Position numbers and translations under genes: made by a program. A stretch of DNA of 64,000 bases, from positions 142,070 through 206,069 of the forward strand of contig NMRA01000683.1 in the NCBI GenBank assembly GCA_002633005.1, given 5' to 3'. Position 1 is the stretch's first letter; each line of letters begins with the position of its first letter. Shown piece after piece: positions 39,025 through 52,548 of the stretch. Source of the DNA: Phoronis australis. Lineage: Eukaryota; Animalia; Phoronida. Under the pieces are notes generated by a model. The model ran no database searches. It was not told the origin of the DNA and saw nothing but the letters and a program-made list of their open reading frames with translations.

Positions 39025-42000
39025 TTAAGCACGTATCCCCCGAGAGCGCCATTACTTAGCCATAGTTCCGTTATGATTGCTCCGGTTGTCTGAATCAGAC
39101 ACTTGAAATGGGGTCTGAGTCCCCCCGCTCCTCACGCACACACGCACACACAAACTAAAACTGCACCCATTGTTGAATCTTGTTTCAGCCGTATAATGTA
39201 AATTACCGGGGTTAATTGATAACCTCAATATTTCCTCACGCTCTTGGTGTTTTATACTCGCGGCAGAAAAAGGGGAGGGGTCGCGGGCCCACTGGGCACC
39301 CTAAATCCGCCTGTGTTCCTTGTCGACTAATTTTGTAATACCTTTGCTAACGAAGTTTCTTTTTTATGTATTACTGAAATATTTTGTCGTCTTTTAGTCT
39401 CGGTCAATCCATACAGCACGACTACTAATCATGGCAACTCTCATGCGTTCCTCGTGCAAAATAATCAATTCAGGAGACATCTGTTTCAAAGTCACATCAA
39501 AAGCGGAAGATTTCGTTATTTGCAATTATTTGAAATTGAATGGCAGTGTAATTATGTAGTTTTGTTTTTGTTTGGCTTGACTTCGCTAGTTTTTTGCTAG
39601 CTTCGTGTACATTTCCACCCCAAGAGATTTTCAAGGTGGCTATGAAGGTTACTTTTAACCTTATTCGTAAACGTTGTGCATGGTTTTTAAGCATTTTATT
39701 GCTATGTCGTTTATGTAAATTGCGCGGTTTTTGTAAGTACCTGGTATAACGTTTAGTTTGTATATATATTGCATCTTTGTGAATGTTTTGTCCGTGTTGC
39801 GCCGTTAGTGTTTTCCTTTTTTGAGTTTACGTTATCGATAAACAGGCATTTTGCACATGATATTGCACTATGTAAAATCCTCTTTCGTTAAAGTCACCAA
39901 GGTATAAGCTTTTGAAAAATATCCTAGAGTACACCACCAATTCATTGAATTCGCAATAAATGTTCTATTCCTTACCTTATCCTAAAGCTCATAATATATG
40001 AACATGAACATAACCGATTCAGGGAACTTGAACGATCTTAGTGTTTAAAAACACGAAGATAGCGCATGGAATGTGACAAAAATGATATGAAAGAAAACAG
40101 GCGCAAGTATTTAGAGGGAATGGTGACATCTTTCAAAACTGACTGCTGGCATTGACCATGTAATTGTTTATGATGAGGAACAGCACCTGGACGGCAGTAG
40201 CTGGGGTCAAATATGAGCTATATCGACCCAAGAGATAACGGCACAAAACATTTGTGGCATGGGTAATTCATTTACACACTGTAGTTCATCCAGGTGTCGT
40301 ATTTTTTCAGTTTACAGAGATCAGATTGCAAATGCTCTGTTGTGTAAAACGGACTGAAAAGAATGCCGCACGCCTGTCGAAACACGGTCCACCGCGCACA
40401 GTATGTGGGTTGAGTGTCCGGACGAGATACAGACGAGTTGAAAAGCTGATATGAGCGATCACCATTTTCGGGAAACCGTAAACATGTTAAAAAAGTGAAA
40501 ATGCACCCACCTGCACAACTTTTAAGTAGTGCTTTTACATGAATCACTTTTTGGAGTTAGAAAAAAGGATAGGATGGAATATTTGTTTAGCATAAAATAG
40601 AATTGTCTGGTTCAGGTGGAAATTGTTTCAGTTTATGTTTTGCGTTTGAAATAGATCTTTTAAAAAGTACGAGAAAATGTTTTCTTTAGCTTTAGTTTTG
40701 GCTTGCGTATACTAATCATTTGATACCGCGCGAATCTTTCGAGTTTCACGGCCGTTTTGTCACACAATTTTTAACAAATAAGTATATGTTAAATAACACG
40801 TCTTTTTATCTGGGTTAGTTTTTAGCCATGTGAGTATTTCGGCCACTATTTTCATGAGGCCGAAAGATTATTGCACGGACAAATGGCGCGGTTATTGTAC
40901 GGTCTTGTCAACATGCAAGTAATGTAAAATAAGTTACCAGAAGGTCCAATCAACCGAATAATCATCCCTTTGGTTTGAGTTCGTATTGCAATAAATTACC
41001 AAACTCACCGTGCGTGAAAGTAAATTACTCCGCCATGTACTATTCAAACCCTCCAGAGCAAAACGTCGCGCTATTTATAATACCGATACTTGATGAATAC
41101 ATGAATGATCAACATATTAAGACGTTAGTGCTGCATGTACCCTTAAAATCATATCGAGTTTTATAAAGCCAATAGAAGGGCAATACATCCGTACAGGGTG
41201 TCCAAAAATGTACTTTCACCACTTCAATAACTGCACCAATTATTTATTGAATACCAGACAAAACATAATTAGTTTAAATTCTCAAAATTTTAAAGCAAAA
41301 TAGTTGTATTGTAGATTAACTCGGGAAGAAAGTCGAGGGTATATATATTTGCATTTTATTGTCCTTTTTTAAGTCAATAGTTCTGAAATATTGTCGCCTG
41401 ATTGACATTCCCGTGTATACGTATACAGAGCAGGGGAAGACTCACGCCCCTAAGTTCACTAGAGCGTCGGCACGGATTGCAAAAGGCTCTGGGTTGAAGC
41501 CCCGGTTGTGGCAGCAATCTTTCCAGACGTGTATACTAGGGCACGTAATGCGACCACTTATGACTCTGCAGGCTGCCTTCTCTGTGCAAATGTGGTTATC
41601 GCCACTGGAAGTGTGGGTACATTTGGATACACGCTGTATAGATAAGTGAAAATAGAGACCCCAAACTTTGGTCTGTTAAGAGAATAGCGAAGTACATGTA
41701 CTTGCATAGTTCACTTATTCGTAAAAATGGTGTTCGCGCAAGAATCGTAGTGAGAAACAGGTCACACATTGGAGAAAGCCAGTGAGAAGATCTACATGTA
41801 TACCAAATTTGAAAATGTTGGGTTCAAGGATAGCGTAGCTTGAGCTTGAGAAAATTGATTAATGGAAACATCACAGTGCCATTTTGAGTCTCATTGCGCA
41901 CAAAAACAAAGTTCATCGAGGTATTGATTATATATCTATAAATTTCATGTCGATCAGAAGAAAAATGCTATCTCTAGCACGAACATGTTAGGCCAACAAA

Positions 42001-43421
42001 TTGAAGATAAAAATAAGTAAATCTCGAAAACGGTGAGTCAGACCAAGAAACGGGTTTCACGATGCATAAAACGATCTATCACCAGCATACAAAATTTCTG
42101 ACAAAACCGCCAGCGTACGCCGAAGATGCGACGCTAAAACTCATTGGAGAGCAGTCATCAAAAATCTCGTATTACACGAGAACGGCAACTCTTAGAGCAA
42201 AAGACATGGCACAAGACCGATAGCCTGTGAAATGATCCATCCATAGAAAAACAAAACATTATAAAAATCTCTTCAGAGACAGGGCACTTTGGCTTCGCAA
42301 ACCAATTCAGTGAAAAATGGCCACCACAACTCCATCTTGATTATATTTTAAACCAAAAGCAACAGGCTTCGAACCAACCACGAGACTGGTGTTGTGTGTG
42401 AATTTCGTGTTAATCGAGAGCAAAATGCTACATGTTGCGTTCGAACAGAAAATAAAAACAAAACGGCAATAAATACACAGCCTCGGGTGATATTTTTTCT
42501 ATCTCTTTCCCCATAATACGTTTAATATCCCCCGAACCATTCAATAACCTATTCATCTCTCACTTTTCTGTTATATAAGTAATATTCGCCATCTGGTAGA
42601 AACCTTCAGCTCCTTCATGTTGATGCTTTTGGGGCTACTTGGATGACGCCATTGGTTATCAGGTCAACAATAATGGCAACAAAAATGGGAATGATTGTCG
42701 TGTGATCTTTTAAATGGTTGCTAAATTCAGTGAAGAAAGTTCCCAAGATTTGATGTTATTTAAAGCAGGAGACGGACAAAAGATACGGTCCTTTGATGAA
42801 GTTGGAAGACGAGCAGGGGTTAGTTCAGTGGAAGAAAAGTACAAAGACGTAAAGTAAAGCAAAGTACGATGTTAATGACCTTCGAAATGTGGCTCTTGGC
42901 AATCCGACCACATGTTGAAAAAAATTGTGGTAGTTCTCTACGAAATTGATAAGATGGCCTTAAAAGTATCCCCCTTCCACGAGTGTCTACCAACTTAGGA
43001 ATTGGTAGGAATTGGGAGATCCCGTGCAAACCTATTGTTAATACGAAACTCTTTGACTGTCACTAATGTAGGATTACAACCGAGCAGGCCCGTAGCCAGG
43101 GGTGGTTCGGGGGCTCGATCGACCCCCCACGCGGGAAAGGTGCAGCCCCGACCTATCCGTTAAAATGGGATATAGATGGACAACAACAACAAAATTGTTG
43201 CAGTTACTGGTACTACTCATTACAATGATAACTAAGTCACTAATAGTTTTAAATTCAATTCGCGTAACTTTCGGGCCGTACCCGGTCAACTTCGTGCGAA
43301 TGGTGCTTGATGGTAGGATCGTGCAGAGGAGGCTTTATGTTATTCATCGGCATTGAACGCGCGTGATGGTTACAGCATAGGGTAACACGGGAGTCTAGAA
43401 GTAAATGTATACACCTAGATA

Positions 43422-43677
43422 CATGTGCGCATCCAGGGGGGGGGGGCTCAAAGGAACCCCCCTCATTTGGCCAAGTGGGCAAAAACGTCCGCCTCAGACA
43501 AACAAAAAGCTCGAGAAAACGAGACAAAAGTCCGCTAAAAAGCATGAACGCACAATTCAAAGCTCCGAACGTGGTGCCCGTTTTTTTTTAGTTTTAGTCC
43601 TCACGCTTTTTTGTTCGTTAAAGGTCCACATCGTCGGAAATTCGGGACCCCCATCTTACAGGCTGGGTGCGCACATG
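43422..43677. mobile_element. 256-bp MITE with 15-bp TIR and 6-bp TSD
   Basis: catgtgcgcatccag / ctgggtgcgcacatg, with tagata on both sides. Confidence 0.82.
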
Positions 43678-44232
43678 TAGATAGGATATATAGCAGCGAG
43701 AGAGCGCCCAAAAAGTAGTGCCGTGTGAATGTCTTAAAATCGACCAGGAAACAAAATAGTAGAAAGTAAGTTTATCTGCTATTTTTATAGTGGCAGAGTA
43801 CAGTAAATTGCAGACGACATTTTCAAATTTACACGTTGGTTGTGGATTGAAGGATGACATGCATACCGTGTACACGTGTGTGCGTTTCCATTCTTTTAAA
43901 CTCAGTACACGCCGATGATAATTTAATTCACTACAGGCAGTCCTCCGTCCGTCGTCAAAAATCCAACATTTAACTACATGGGCGGCGCAGGGGCTATAGT
44001 CCCCACTTTTTTCAGTGCTGCACCCTCCATTACATACCTATTTTATTGTACTAAGAAAACCCCAACGAGCAACTTCATATTTTTGGGAAAAGTTGGTCTA
44101 GAACTAATAAAAAGTTTTGTCAATGAAGAAAGTCTTCTCTTGTCATTCAGTGCAGATGGCGCACAGCCTCGCAGGCGTCATATGAGCTTAAAACTTGATG
44201 GAAAAGATTTCCAAGGTTACATATCACTATTC

Positions 44233-45070
44233 TGAAGGTTGGTCACTCCGAAAGTCCACTACTCCGAAGTTACTGCGAAGGTTCGCTACCTTCGAAAGTT
44301 CACTACTTCGAATGTCCACAATTCCGAAACCAGAACTCCGACAGTTCATTACTCTGATTGTCTGCTAACGAGTCAGAACTGACATGAGAAAAGTATTGGA
44401 TTTGTGCCCATTTAGTAACTATTTAAAGGGTGTACAAAAGTTGAATAGTTCTTAGAACATTGATTACATTGTTTACAAATGAGCTCAGTTCCAATCACTG
44501 CCAATCGTGAATATTCAATCTAACTAACGACTCATTCAGCCTGAAGCAGAACAACATCGGGTCAGGACTTCAGCGACCAATAGCGGCGGTTTTAAATTTA
44601 AGAAGACTGAATGAGACTCTCCGACTTCGTGAAGACTGGCAGGGGCAGGGTAGCCTACTGACTACGTTTAGTTTTGACCCGGCCATGCGCATAGTTCCGA
44701 TGGGTGAGTTTGAGGGGCAGCAGCCCCAAACTAGCTCAGTCACGCTGTGAAATGATGCGACCTTGCATGGATTTGAGGAATGTATCATGGTTGATAAGTC
44801 ATTAAGAGTCCTACTTCATAATTCATTTTTTAAAAATTGAAGAACGTATTCGAAAAACATGCGGACAATTTCGCATGCGCATAAAATCCTGGTGTTGTTT
44901 GATCATAGGTACACCACCTAGATTGTCTAATAACCGAAGTGTCGTTTATTTTTGCAGGTAAAATGGGAAATCTGATACACCCAACTTCGAAATCTTAGAT
45001 CTTTTCGGAGTAATGAACCTTTGGAATAGTGAACCTTCAAAGTCAGTGAACCTTTGGAATACTAGGCTGT
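44233..45070. mobile_element. Foldback-like element with ~15-bp subrepeats in inverted orientation at each end
   Basis: Left units resemble cgaaggttcactactc (44233-44357); right units resemble gagtaatgaacctt (45003-45060). Confidence 0.55.
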
Positions 45071-45942
45071 TCGCATTTCCAGCGATGTAAGCAAGTTAAG
45101 TAACTCACAAAATACAACCGGATCAAAATATTCCAAGTTGACCATGCATCGATTAAATATTTACGTCCGAGTATGTATTGAGGTGTAATCACTCATTTAA
45201 GCACGCCCGGTTTTAAAGTTTGGCACGGGTTAACGCGGCAACATCCCCTTTCAGGAAAACATTACATCCGAATTGGGTCTGGTTCTTTTTGAGCAACCGT
45301 CAGGGCATCGTCATTCCTGGTATTACCAGGCCGTCTGATCTTGGGAACATAGAGTTGTGTATATAGATCCCCCCCACGCAATGCTGGCAATGGGCCTGAC
45401 CGAGTGTTTAATAGATTTCGAATCAGTTACAGAATTAAGTCATCGAAGAGTTTTGAACAATCATGATCCTGTTCAAAGCTTTTCTCTCGGATTCCCGAAC
45501 ACTAAATATCGCACGCCTTGAGAAGTACATGTAAATACGACGTTTTTAAATACACTGTATGTCGTTTCTCATTACTTAGTTGCAAACAATTAGAAATAAA
45601 TTATGCAATTAGTGCCGCAATGTCCCGTATCACAATATAGCTTTACCTACAAGAGCATCAAAACCAACAGCGACCTGAGAAAACCATAGTTGGCTAACCA
45701 TTAGCCAACTGCCTGTGACTTGTTTAATGACTTATTTGGCAACAACTTAGGATGAGTGTGAAATTGTTTAAACCCCCAAATGCTTTGGTGTGGAATTCAT
45801 TATCAACAATTTAACAGTACATAAGTGCGTCCTTATGCATAGGCAAACTTTTTGTTACGATTCATGGGCTTCCTAGTCCCTGTGGAAAGGGTAGGCAAGT
45901 CTCTTTACGTCGTGATCTTGATCACGCCACGCCAACAAACTC

Positions 45943-46100
45943 GGAATTTTCCACGCCTCATTTTTAAAGCTGACAATGAACAAGGCGTGTTTTCGCAATG
46001 AATTGTATTCTTTCCCACGACGTGGCAATTTTGCCGAGACTGTTTTCACAGCCGACGATTACCTATAAAAACCCTGTATAAGCAGTAGGTGCACACAGTT
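45943..46100 (+). promoter_or_regulatory. Core promoter of secreted protein gene: kB-like site, TATA box, initiator
   Basis: GGAATTTTCC at 45943-45952, TATAAAA at 46064-46070, acagtt Inr-like ~30 nt downstream, and caacATG at 46135. Confidence 0.6.
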
Positions 46101-46134
46101 GACAACAACCCCTTGTTGTGAATACCTGAGCAAC

Positions 46135-46146
46135 ATGAAGCGTTTG
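46135..46146 (+). CDS. Exon 1 (MKRL) of secreted cationic cystine-knot-like prepropeptide
   Basis: caacATG aag cgt ttg|gtaag, phase 0; it completes the signal peptide begun in exon 2. Confidence 0.78.
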
Positions 46147-46858
46147 GTAAGATTAGCTGGCTGCTTAAAGTCATTAGTGAAGATTTTGAGAGTGCAGTGC
46201 AACCGTTTTTGTAATGCCATCAACATTTTGTTTTTAAGAAAATATCTTAATTGGCGTAGGTGGTCATTTAGTAAAGGTTCCGTTTTTATAGACAGTTTCT
46301 GCCTTCATGTTTGTGTTTTGTTATTGAGTGATTTGTAAGAAATTTTATTTATGCCTACTGGGAGTTATCAGTTTCACGTTAAAATGTGAAAATATACCGG
46401 AACACAGAGCTAATCACCCTGTAAACGTAGACAGTTTTAAAGAGATCGCTCGGTGTTTTAAACTAAGTTGATGTCTCTCTAATAGTTAGTGACATTCCAA
46501 CTTCTTCGTCTGTGTTCTCGTGCAGATTAGACAGACAAAATAAAATTGTCTCTCTCTCTTTACCAAGACCTACCTAGTGATAAATTGAACACCACAGTAA
46601 TGTTTTAATGAGTAGGCTAGTTTTTCCAATCTAAGTTGCCTCTCAAACCAAATGTTAAAGAGCAGAGCCCAAATTCATGAAAATTCAAGTTTGCCATCTG
46701 TTTCACCATCAGCTGTGATTTTCAACTAAGTCACAAAAACAAAATTACCTGCAATTAACGAGACTCAAGCCCAAACCACTTCCCAACCTATTTTTCTTGT
46801 TAAGGGATGTAAACCTATCTGTACATTCATTTCCGTAATATCAGTCCCCTACATTTAG

Positions 46859-47190
46859 GTTCTAGCATGTGTGTTCCTCGCCGTGTGCGGGACACTGGTG
46901 TTTGCAGTGGATGACAACCTCGAGGAAGAAATCGAGTACACGGACGACAACTCCGTCGACGAAAAAGAGCTCACAGACGACAATTCGATAGAGGAAAAAG
47001 AATTCACAGACGAAACCGACGGTGATGAAGCGGAACAGCAAGTGGACGAAAAGGAAGAAGAGCCTGATTTGGAGGTGGAATCTAAAGGCGTCCGCTGCCG
47101 CACGAGAAGGATCACTATTCGGAGGTTCAACTGTTACGTAATTCGCGGCCGACCTATCCGTGGTAGAATTTGCACTCGTCTTACCAATGG
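46859..47190 (+). CDS. Exon 2: signal peptide, acidic propiece, first part of Arg/Cys-rich domain
   Basis: Acceptor cctacatttag|gtt. Reads VLACVFLAVCGTLVFA-VDDNLEEE...ESKG-VRCRTRRITIRRFNCYVIRGRPIRGRICTRLTNG. Donor gg|gtaagt, phase 2. Confidence 0.88.
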
Positions 47191-49517
47191 GTAAGTACGT
47201 TCGTATTTCTTTCGTCATGCTCATGTTGCAGTTTTGTAAAATGATGGAAATCCAAGGACCTTCAAATCTTATAGCTTTTTCTGATGATTTAAAAGCTAAT
47301 GTTTACAACGCTAACATTTCACAGAAACTTTAGAACAAATCACTTTAGTTCAAAATGACGTATTCACGAAAAAGTTGAAGAATAACAATATGGGACGGTG
47401 GTGTACCTCGAGGTACATAAGTTAATAAGTCCACGAATCAAAGATTGGATAGATTTGAAATAACCTCAAGCGTATACCTAAAAAAGGTCTAAAGCCACTG
47501 TTCGGGCCTGTAAGTCCCTCAAAATGAGGCGAGTCCTAGTAGAAATAATGGCGGTTAATTACCGGCGGACAACTGGGGCTGGGGGTATATAGCCCTCCTT
47601 TTTTCAGTGCTGCATCGCCCAGCTATTAAGAAAGTATTTGGAGTTGCTTTGAGTAGAGTCCACTCTTCTGGCTTCTGTTGTTTTACTTTAAAGATTTTGC
47701 TTCAAATACTCGTGACCATCAGACAAATGGGAATTGTCAAAATTCTGTTTCGCAACGGCATAGTTTAGTCAAAATTTCTCGTCTTCAGAGGACACGAGCC
47801 TTTGGAGTCGTGTATTCACTCTGGGACCGAGATAGTCGTGAATACGTGACTTTGGGAAGAAGATTTCAATCCATTTTCGGTCATTTTAGAACCCGGAAAT
47901 TTATTCAGAACCAAAACAATGGCTTCGTTGAGTTTCTTCATTAGTGAAAAACCCACTGAGTGTACTTTCTGGAACGTATGTATTTTTGTCATGTTCTGAG
48001 CTTTTCTTGGACCAGTTTGTGACTTAGACGAGAGCAGCCAGTAAAACTGTGGCCTTAGCACAAGAATTTTAAAAGTAAAGTAGAAGCGTTAGTAAACTGA
48101 GAAGTAACCCAACACCGGCTAATGAAGTTGGCACCTCATTTCAGTTCTCTCCTTGAATTGAGCAGTCTACTGAGATGTCCCTCCTTTTCTGATCTTCGTG
48201 TCGCATAGACTATTTCCAACGACGTCGACACTCGGATCCATCAGGCGACGCGCAATTGCAAGATTATTGCTTTAAAATGCCGAGTTTTCGCGTACCAAGT
48301 GATATACGAATAAGACCACTGTGAAAGTACCTGTACCGTTCTTGATGCACGTGAAAATTTGACTTAAAACATGGTCACGTGACAAAAATAAAGACACAGG
48401 AGTAAGAAGCATATTTTTAGAATCCTCAATCTTTTTACTTTCAGCAAGTATATAATTTAATGGTTAAAAAAACGTTAGTTCATTTGAGCTCCAACTGTTT
48501 TGATTTCTGGTCTCTCCCTCACAATGCATTTCGACGTCTATCCGCGCAGTCTGTTCTCCACCTGTGTTACCCGACTGGAATATTGTGGATATTTGTCTTG
48601 CGAATGGTTTGGTGACAATAAACCGAAACGTCGATTGATATAATGCATTTTTACATATGCGCTGATTTTGCAGTTCGTTCCCAATTTTTGGCATAAAACA
48701 AATGTAAAAGATAACTGGTCGTTCACTTTTGTAATTTTATTAGCGGTTACCGGTATGTGGACACCGATAATGTAAACCACAATACTCCTGATGGTTGATA
48801 CTCTAAATACGGTTTGCGTATCTTTTAACATACGGAAATTTCAGAGGAACGAAACGTCAGTGGGTCAAATGATAAAACAAATATTGACCAATCCCTTAGG
48901 CGTATGAGATCACGTAGACCTCAGTAGGATAACTTTGCTCTATCTTGGCTCATGCCTGATATGACCTTCGATATAGGTTCGGTGACATGATACCATGGTA
49001 TCATGTCACCGTCACGGTCGAGATCGGTCCTTTTGTACATCATCATTTTTAGTACATTGGATTAAAGTGAACCTCAGGATTATACTGAACCAGTGACGTG
49101 AAAATGATATAGGAACACAAAATCCCATTGTACCAGAATACATTTTGCAAGAGTGTCTTCAAAGGCTAGAGAAAGGGCCATCTACTGATCAGATCACTAC
49201 TTTGCTGTTACGGTGTGACGGACAAGTATCGGTTGCAAAACAATGCATGAAATTACAAGTACATTTCTCAGCAAACAAATTGTGGTAGCAACACTTTTTC
49301 TACTAGACTTAACACGGTTGTGTGGTTTAAAAAACTTAATGATGCGATTTGTGAAGGAAAGCGATTATTTAGTTTACCGTAGACGCGGTTAATCTTTTCA
49401 GTCCAAGACGCGGCACAGTGCGTGACACGTATTACACATGTACTGTATGTCTAAATCGTTCGTCAACCAGGGTAACAAATACAACATGACTATACCTCAT
49501 TTTTTTCTTTTTTACAG

Positions 49518-49674
49518 CAAAAGCTGTGGAATCAACCCACTGTACCGATGCCGCACTCTGTTAAGGGGGTTCGCCACCAGACGTGTACAATGCTTGAGAA
49601 AAGGTTGCAGATCCATTACTGCGAGAATCCCGATTCCGGTCGGCTGTGCGTGCCGAAGATTCTTCAAAGGCTAG
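49518..49674 (+). CDS. Exon 3 (terminal) of secreted cationic cystine-knot-like prepropeptide
   Basis: Phase-2 acceptor ttttttcttttttacag|c. Reads KSCGINPLYRCRTLLRGFATRRVQCLRKGCRSITARIPIPVGCACRRFFKG*. AATAAA at 49778. Confidence 0.85.
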
Positions 49675-51183
49675 GGAAGTTAGAATTATGAGAATCACCA
49701 TGGCTTGCTTCAGATCGTTGTCACTTCAATAAGTTTATTTTAGTTGCCAGTTGGATGTTCTGAGATTAAAGAGAAGCAATAAAATATGATATCAAAAGAA
49801 AATAAAGTCACTTTTGATTTTTTAAGAATGCATGTGCTAAGTTACGTAAGTATCTTCATCAAGTAATGGAGACATTTGATTCGTCGACAAACACGCTGAA
49901 AAATTGAAAACGCAAAGACAATTAGACAATACGAATGTTTCCATTTGTTTTGGTTTGTTTTTACATGAAGTCATTTATATTAAACGTACCCGTGGTGGTC
50001 ATATGACGAGATTTTTAGAGACGCCAAAATCATCAATATCACTGTCTGATACAGTAGGGACACATATGTTTTGTTTCGCTTCCATTGAACCAACCCTAGA
50101 CACTTCGAAGTCGATTTCAAATCCCAAGTAAAATATTGCTTTTATCACAAAAACCCGACACCAAACAACGATAGAGGGATTCAAGAAACGCAAACAGCAG
50201 ACAATCGTTTTGCTAAAAAAAACATCGATTTTAGGTTTCAATTTTCCAGACACATCTTAGTTTTGAGTATAAATGTATTGCGCAATTATGGCAACACGTT
50301 TTTCGCTTGATTTGAAATGGGTTTTGGCAGGGTTTTGATGGGGACGTTGTCGATGTAATTCACATATTTCTGAACACCCAGATTACATATAGCATCCCGA
50401 TCACTGTGACCATGCGCAGCAATGTATATCGGTAAATTTTGGCCCTTAGTTTTTAGAAGTGAGAATTTTTTTTCCATTAAAACACTGTACACGATCGTGA
50501 AATACAGTTCTTCCGACCTACTCTTCTGTATTACACTACATGTAAGTATTTCATGGCAACTCTCATGCCCTTATACAAACATTATGAAATAAATGTTATC
50601 ACTGCATGACCTGCGGTCACGGTGCTTCACATAATGTGGCAGTAACTCGTATGCAGCTATACAACTATACTTCCATGAAAACACAAACGTTAAACGTCAG
50701 AAAACAGCCAACAATCCTACGTTTTGATGTTCATTAGCCCTTATTTTACGATTTTAGAATAAACAATTGTTTGGAATAGAAACTGTGAGCTACTTCAGGA
50801 TTCATCACACAATGTTGATTTTCAACAAACACTTATATTTTTGAATATGCATGTTAGACGATTTGAAAATCGTCAAAATTAATACTTATGCTTGACACTT
50901 GGACTAAACAAAAGTCGTGGGTCGCTTGCTTGTTTCCGGAGATGGAACTGAGACCATAGGTGATAGCAGGCTATCCATTATGACTAAACTAGTGGTACAA
51001 CACAATGTAAGAGAATAGATAAATAATAATGAAATCATATTATCTTTGGAAAGATAGCTAATAAAAAGTTCAAAGCAGAGGAACGAGAAAACCATAAGAT
51101 AAGGGGTGGAATGGGGCTAAATGTTTGAGAGAATTCGCACGTCATGTTACATGATCAACGAATTATGCAGTGGAACAAGTTGT

Positions 51184-52429
51184 AACTAGAAAGATTATTG
51201 TCACGGCGTGAGAATAACGGACTCTGCGCGTGCGAATCACTGGAATTATTATGGGAAGTTAAGGACAGCAGCCCATTTATCAATATGAAAAGGAATTCTT
51301 GAAAATTGTAGGAGATATTACATATTAATTTTTTGATGACCTTTCCACCAATTGACCTCTTCCGGTGCATTATGAGACACGATGAAGGAGTAATTGTTAA
51401 CTCGATTAAAAGTGTGGTTAATGCTAATAATCACAGATGTTTTACTTTAAGCACTTGAGAATACAAGATGAATGAAGTGGTCAAACTTTCAGAAGAAAAA
51501 TGCACCTAATGACCCCATGGGTGCATCAAATGACCTGAAAATTTAGAATTCAAACTCAATCGCACTTAGTAAACAGATATGTAATTTTGAAGTCTCTAGG
51601 TCAAAATTTTAGTTTGCACTCAATGACCTTTGATCTATTTTTTCTGATTGGTTAAGCCTATTGCGAAGTAAAGTAGGGTATTCAATTGGCATGTTGACTT
51701 ACAGCAGTGCGCTGAATTTGAAAAGAATTCCTTGAAAAACGTAAGAGATATAACAATTTAAACGTTACATGACCTTTCCACTAATTGACCCTATCCGGTG
51801 CATTATAAGCGTCTTTAGGAGAATTACTGCAAAGCCCATCAAAAATGTGTTTAATGCTGAGAATCACAGCTGTCTAACGGTTGACGCATCAAAATACTTC
51901 CTGATTGAAAGGGTCAAATTTTCAGAAAGAAAAATGCACCCAATGACCCCATGTTTGCACTAAATGACCTTAAACTTTGGATTCCGATTTGATTTACCTG
52001 TGGCAATCAGACCTGTCAATTTGAAGTGTCTAGCTCAAAATTTTAGTTTGCACCTAATGACCTTCGACCTATTTCACCTGATTGGATGACCCGATTACTT
52101 AGAAAAGTAATTTTTTAAATTGTCATGTTCACTTATACCTGTGCACCGAATTTGAAAAAGATAGCTTTAAAACTGAATTAAGAGTAGCATTTTGAAAATT
52201 ATATGACCTTTGCACCAAACGACCTCTTCCGGTGCAATATGGAATATGATTACATAACTAATCAAAATTTATATACTGTCATATGCTAAATTTAAAGACC
52301 GTACCTGCACCCAATGTGGAGTTATTAAGTCTCAAAGTTGGTCGGAAGAAGAATAAGAATAAGAAGAAGAATACAATTGAAGAAAACCAGGAACAACAAT
52401 ACTCTGCGTTTACACGCGCAGAGTAATAA
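51184..52429 (-). mobile_element. HINE/DINE-1-like (Helentron-associated) non-autonomous element, copy 1
   Basis: 12-bp subTIRs actctgcgcgtg (51221) / cacgcgcagagt (52413). Terminal hairpin ttattgtcacggcgtgagaataa next to a CTAGTT end (- strand). Short IR beside the other subTIR, an AAG/AAT microsatellite, and ~433-bp internal repeats (51336, 51769, 52203). Confidence 0.8.
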
Positions 52430-52548
52430 TACCAAAAAACTCCTAAGTGCACGTGACAAACATCAACCTATGGGAGCCTAGAGAAGACCAAATTCAAGAC
52501 CCGTTGGCGGCAAGCCAATAGAGAGAACGGTAATAACTATAGCCTTCA

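Noticed and set aside
41440-41515. Second tRNA/SINE-like head
   Set aside because: The A and B boxes are too degenerate to support a call.
41700-42500. Possible old HINE-like core repeats
   Set aside because: Only scattered motifs (aaatttca..gatc); the termini could not be defined.
46871-47194. Single-exon 107-aa ORF as the complete gene
   Set aside because: It has no ATG, and its stop lies within a gtaagt donor. It is the middle exon of a 3-exon gene.
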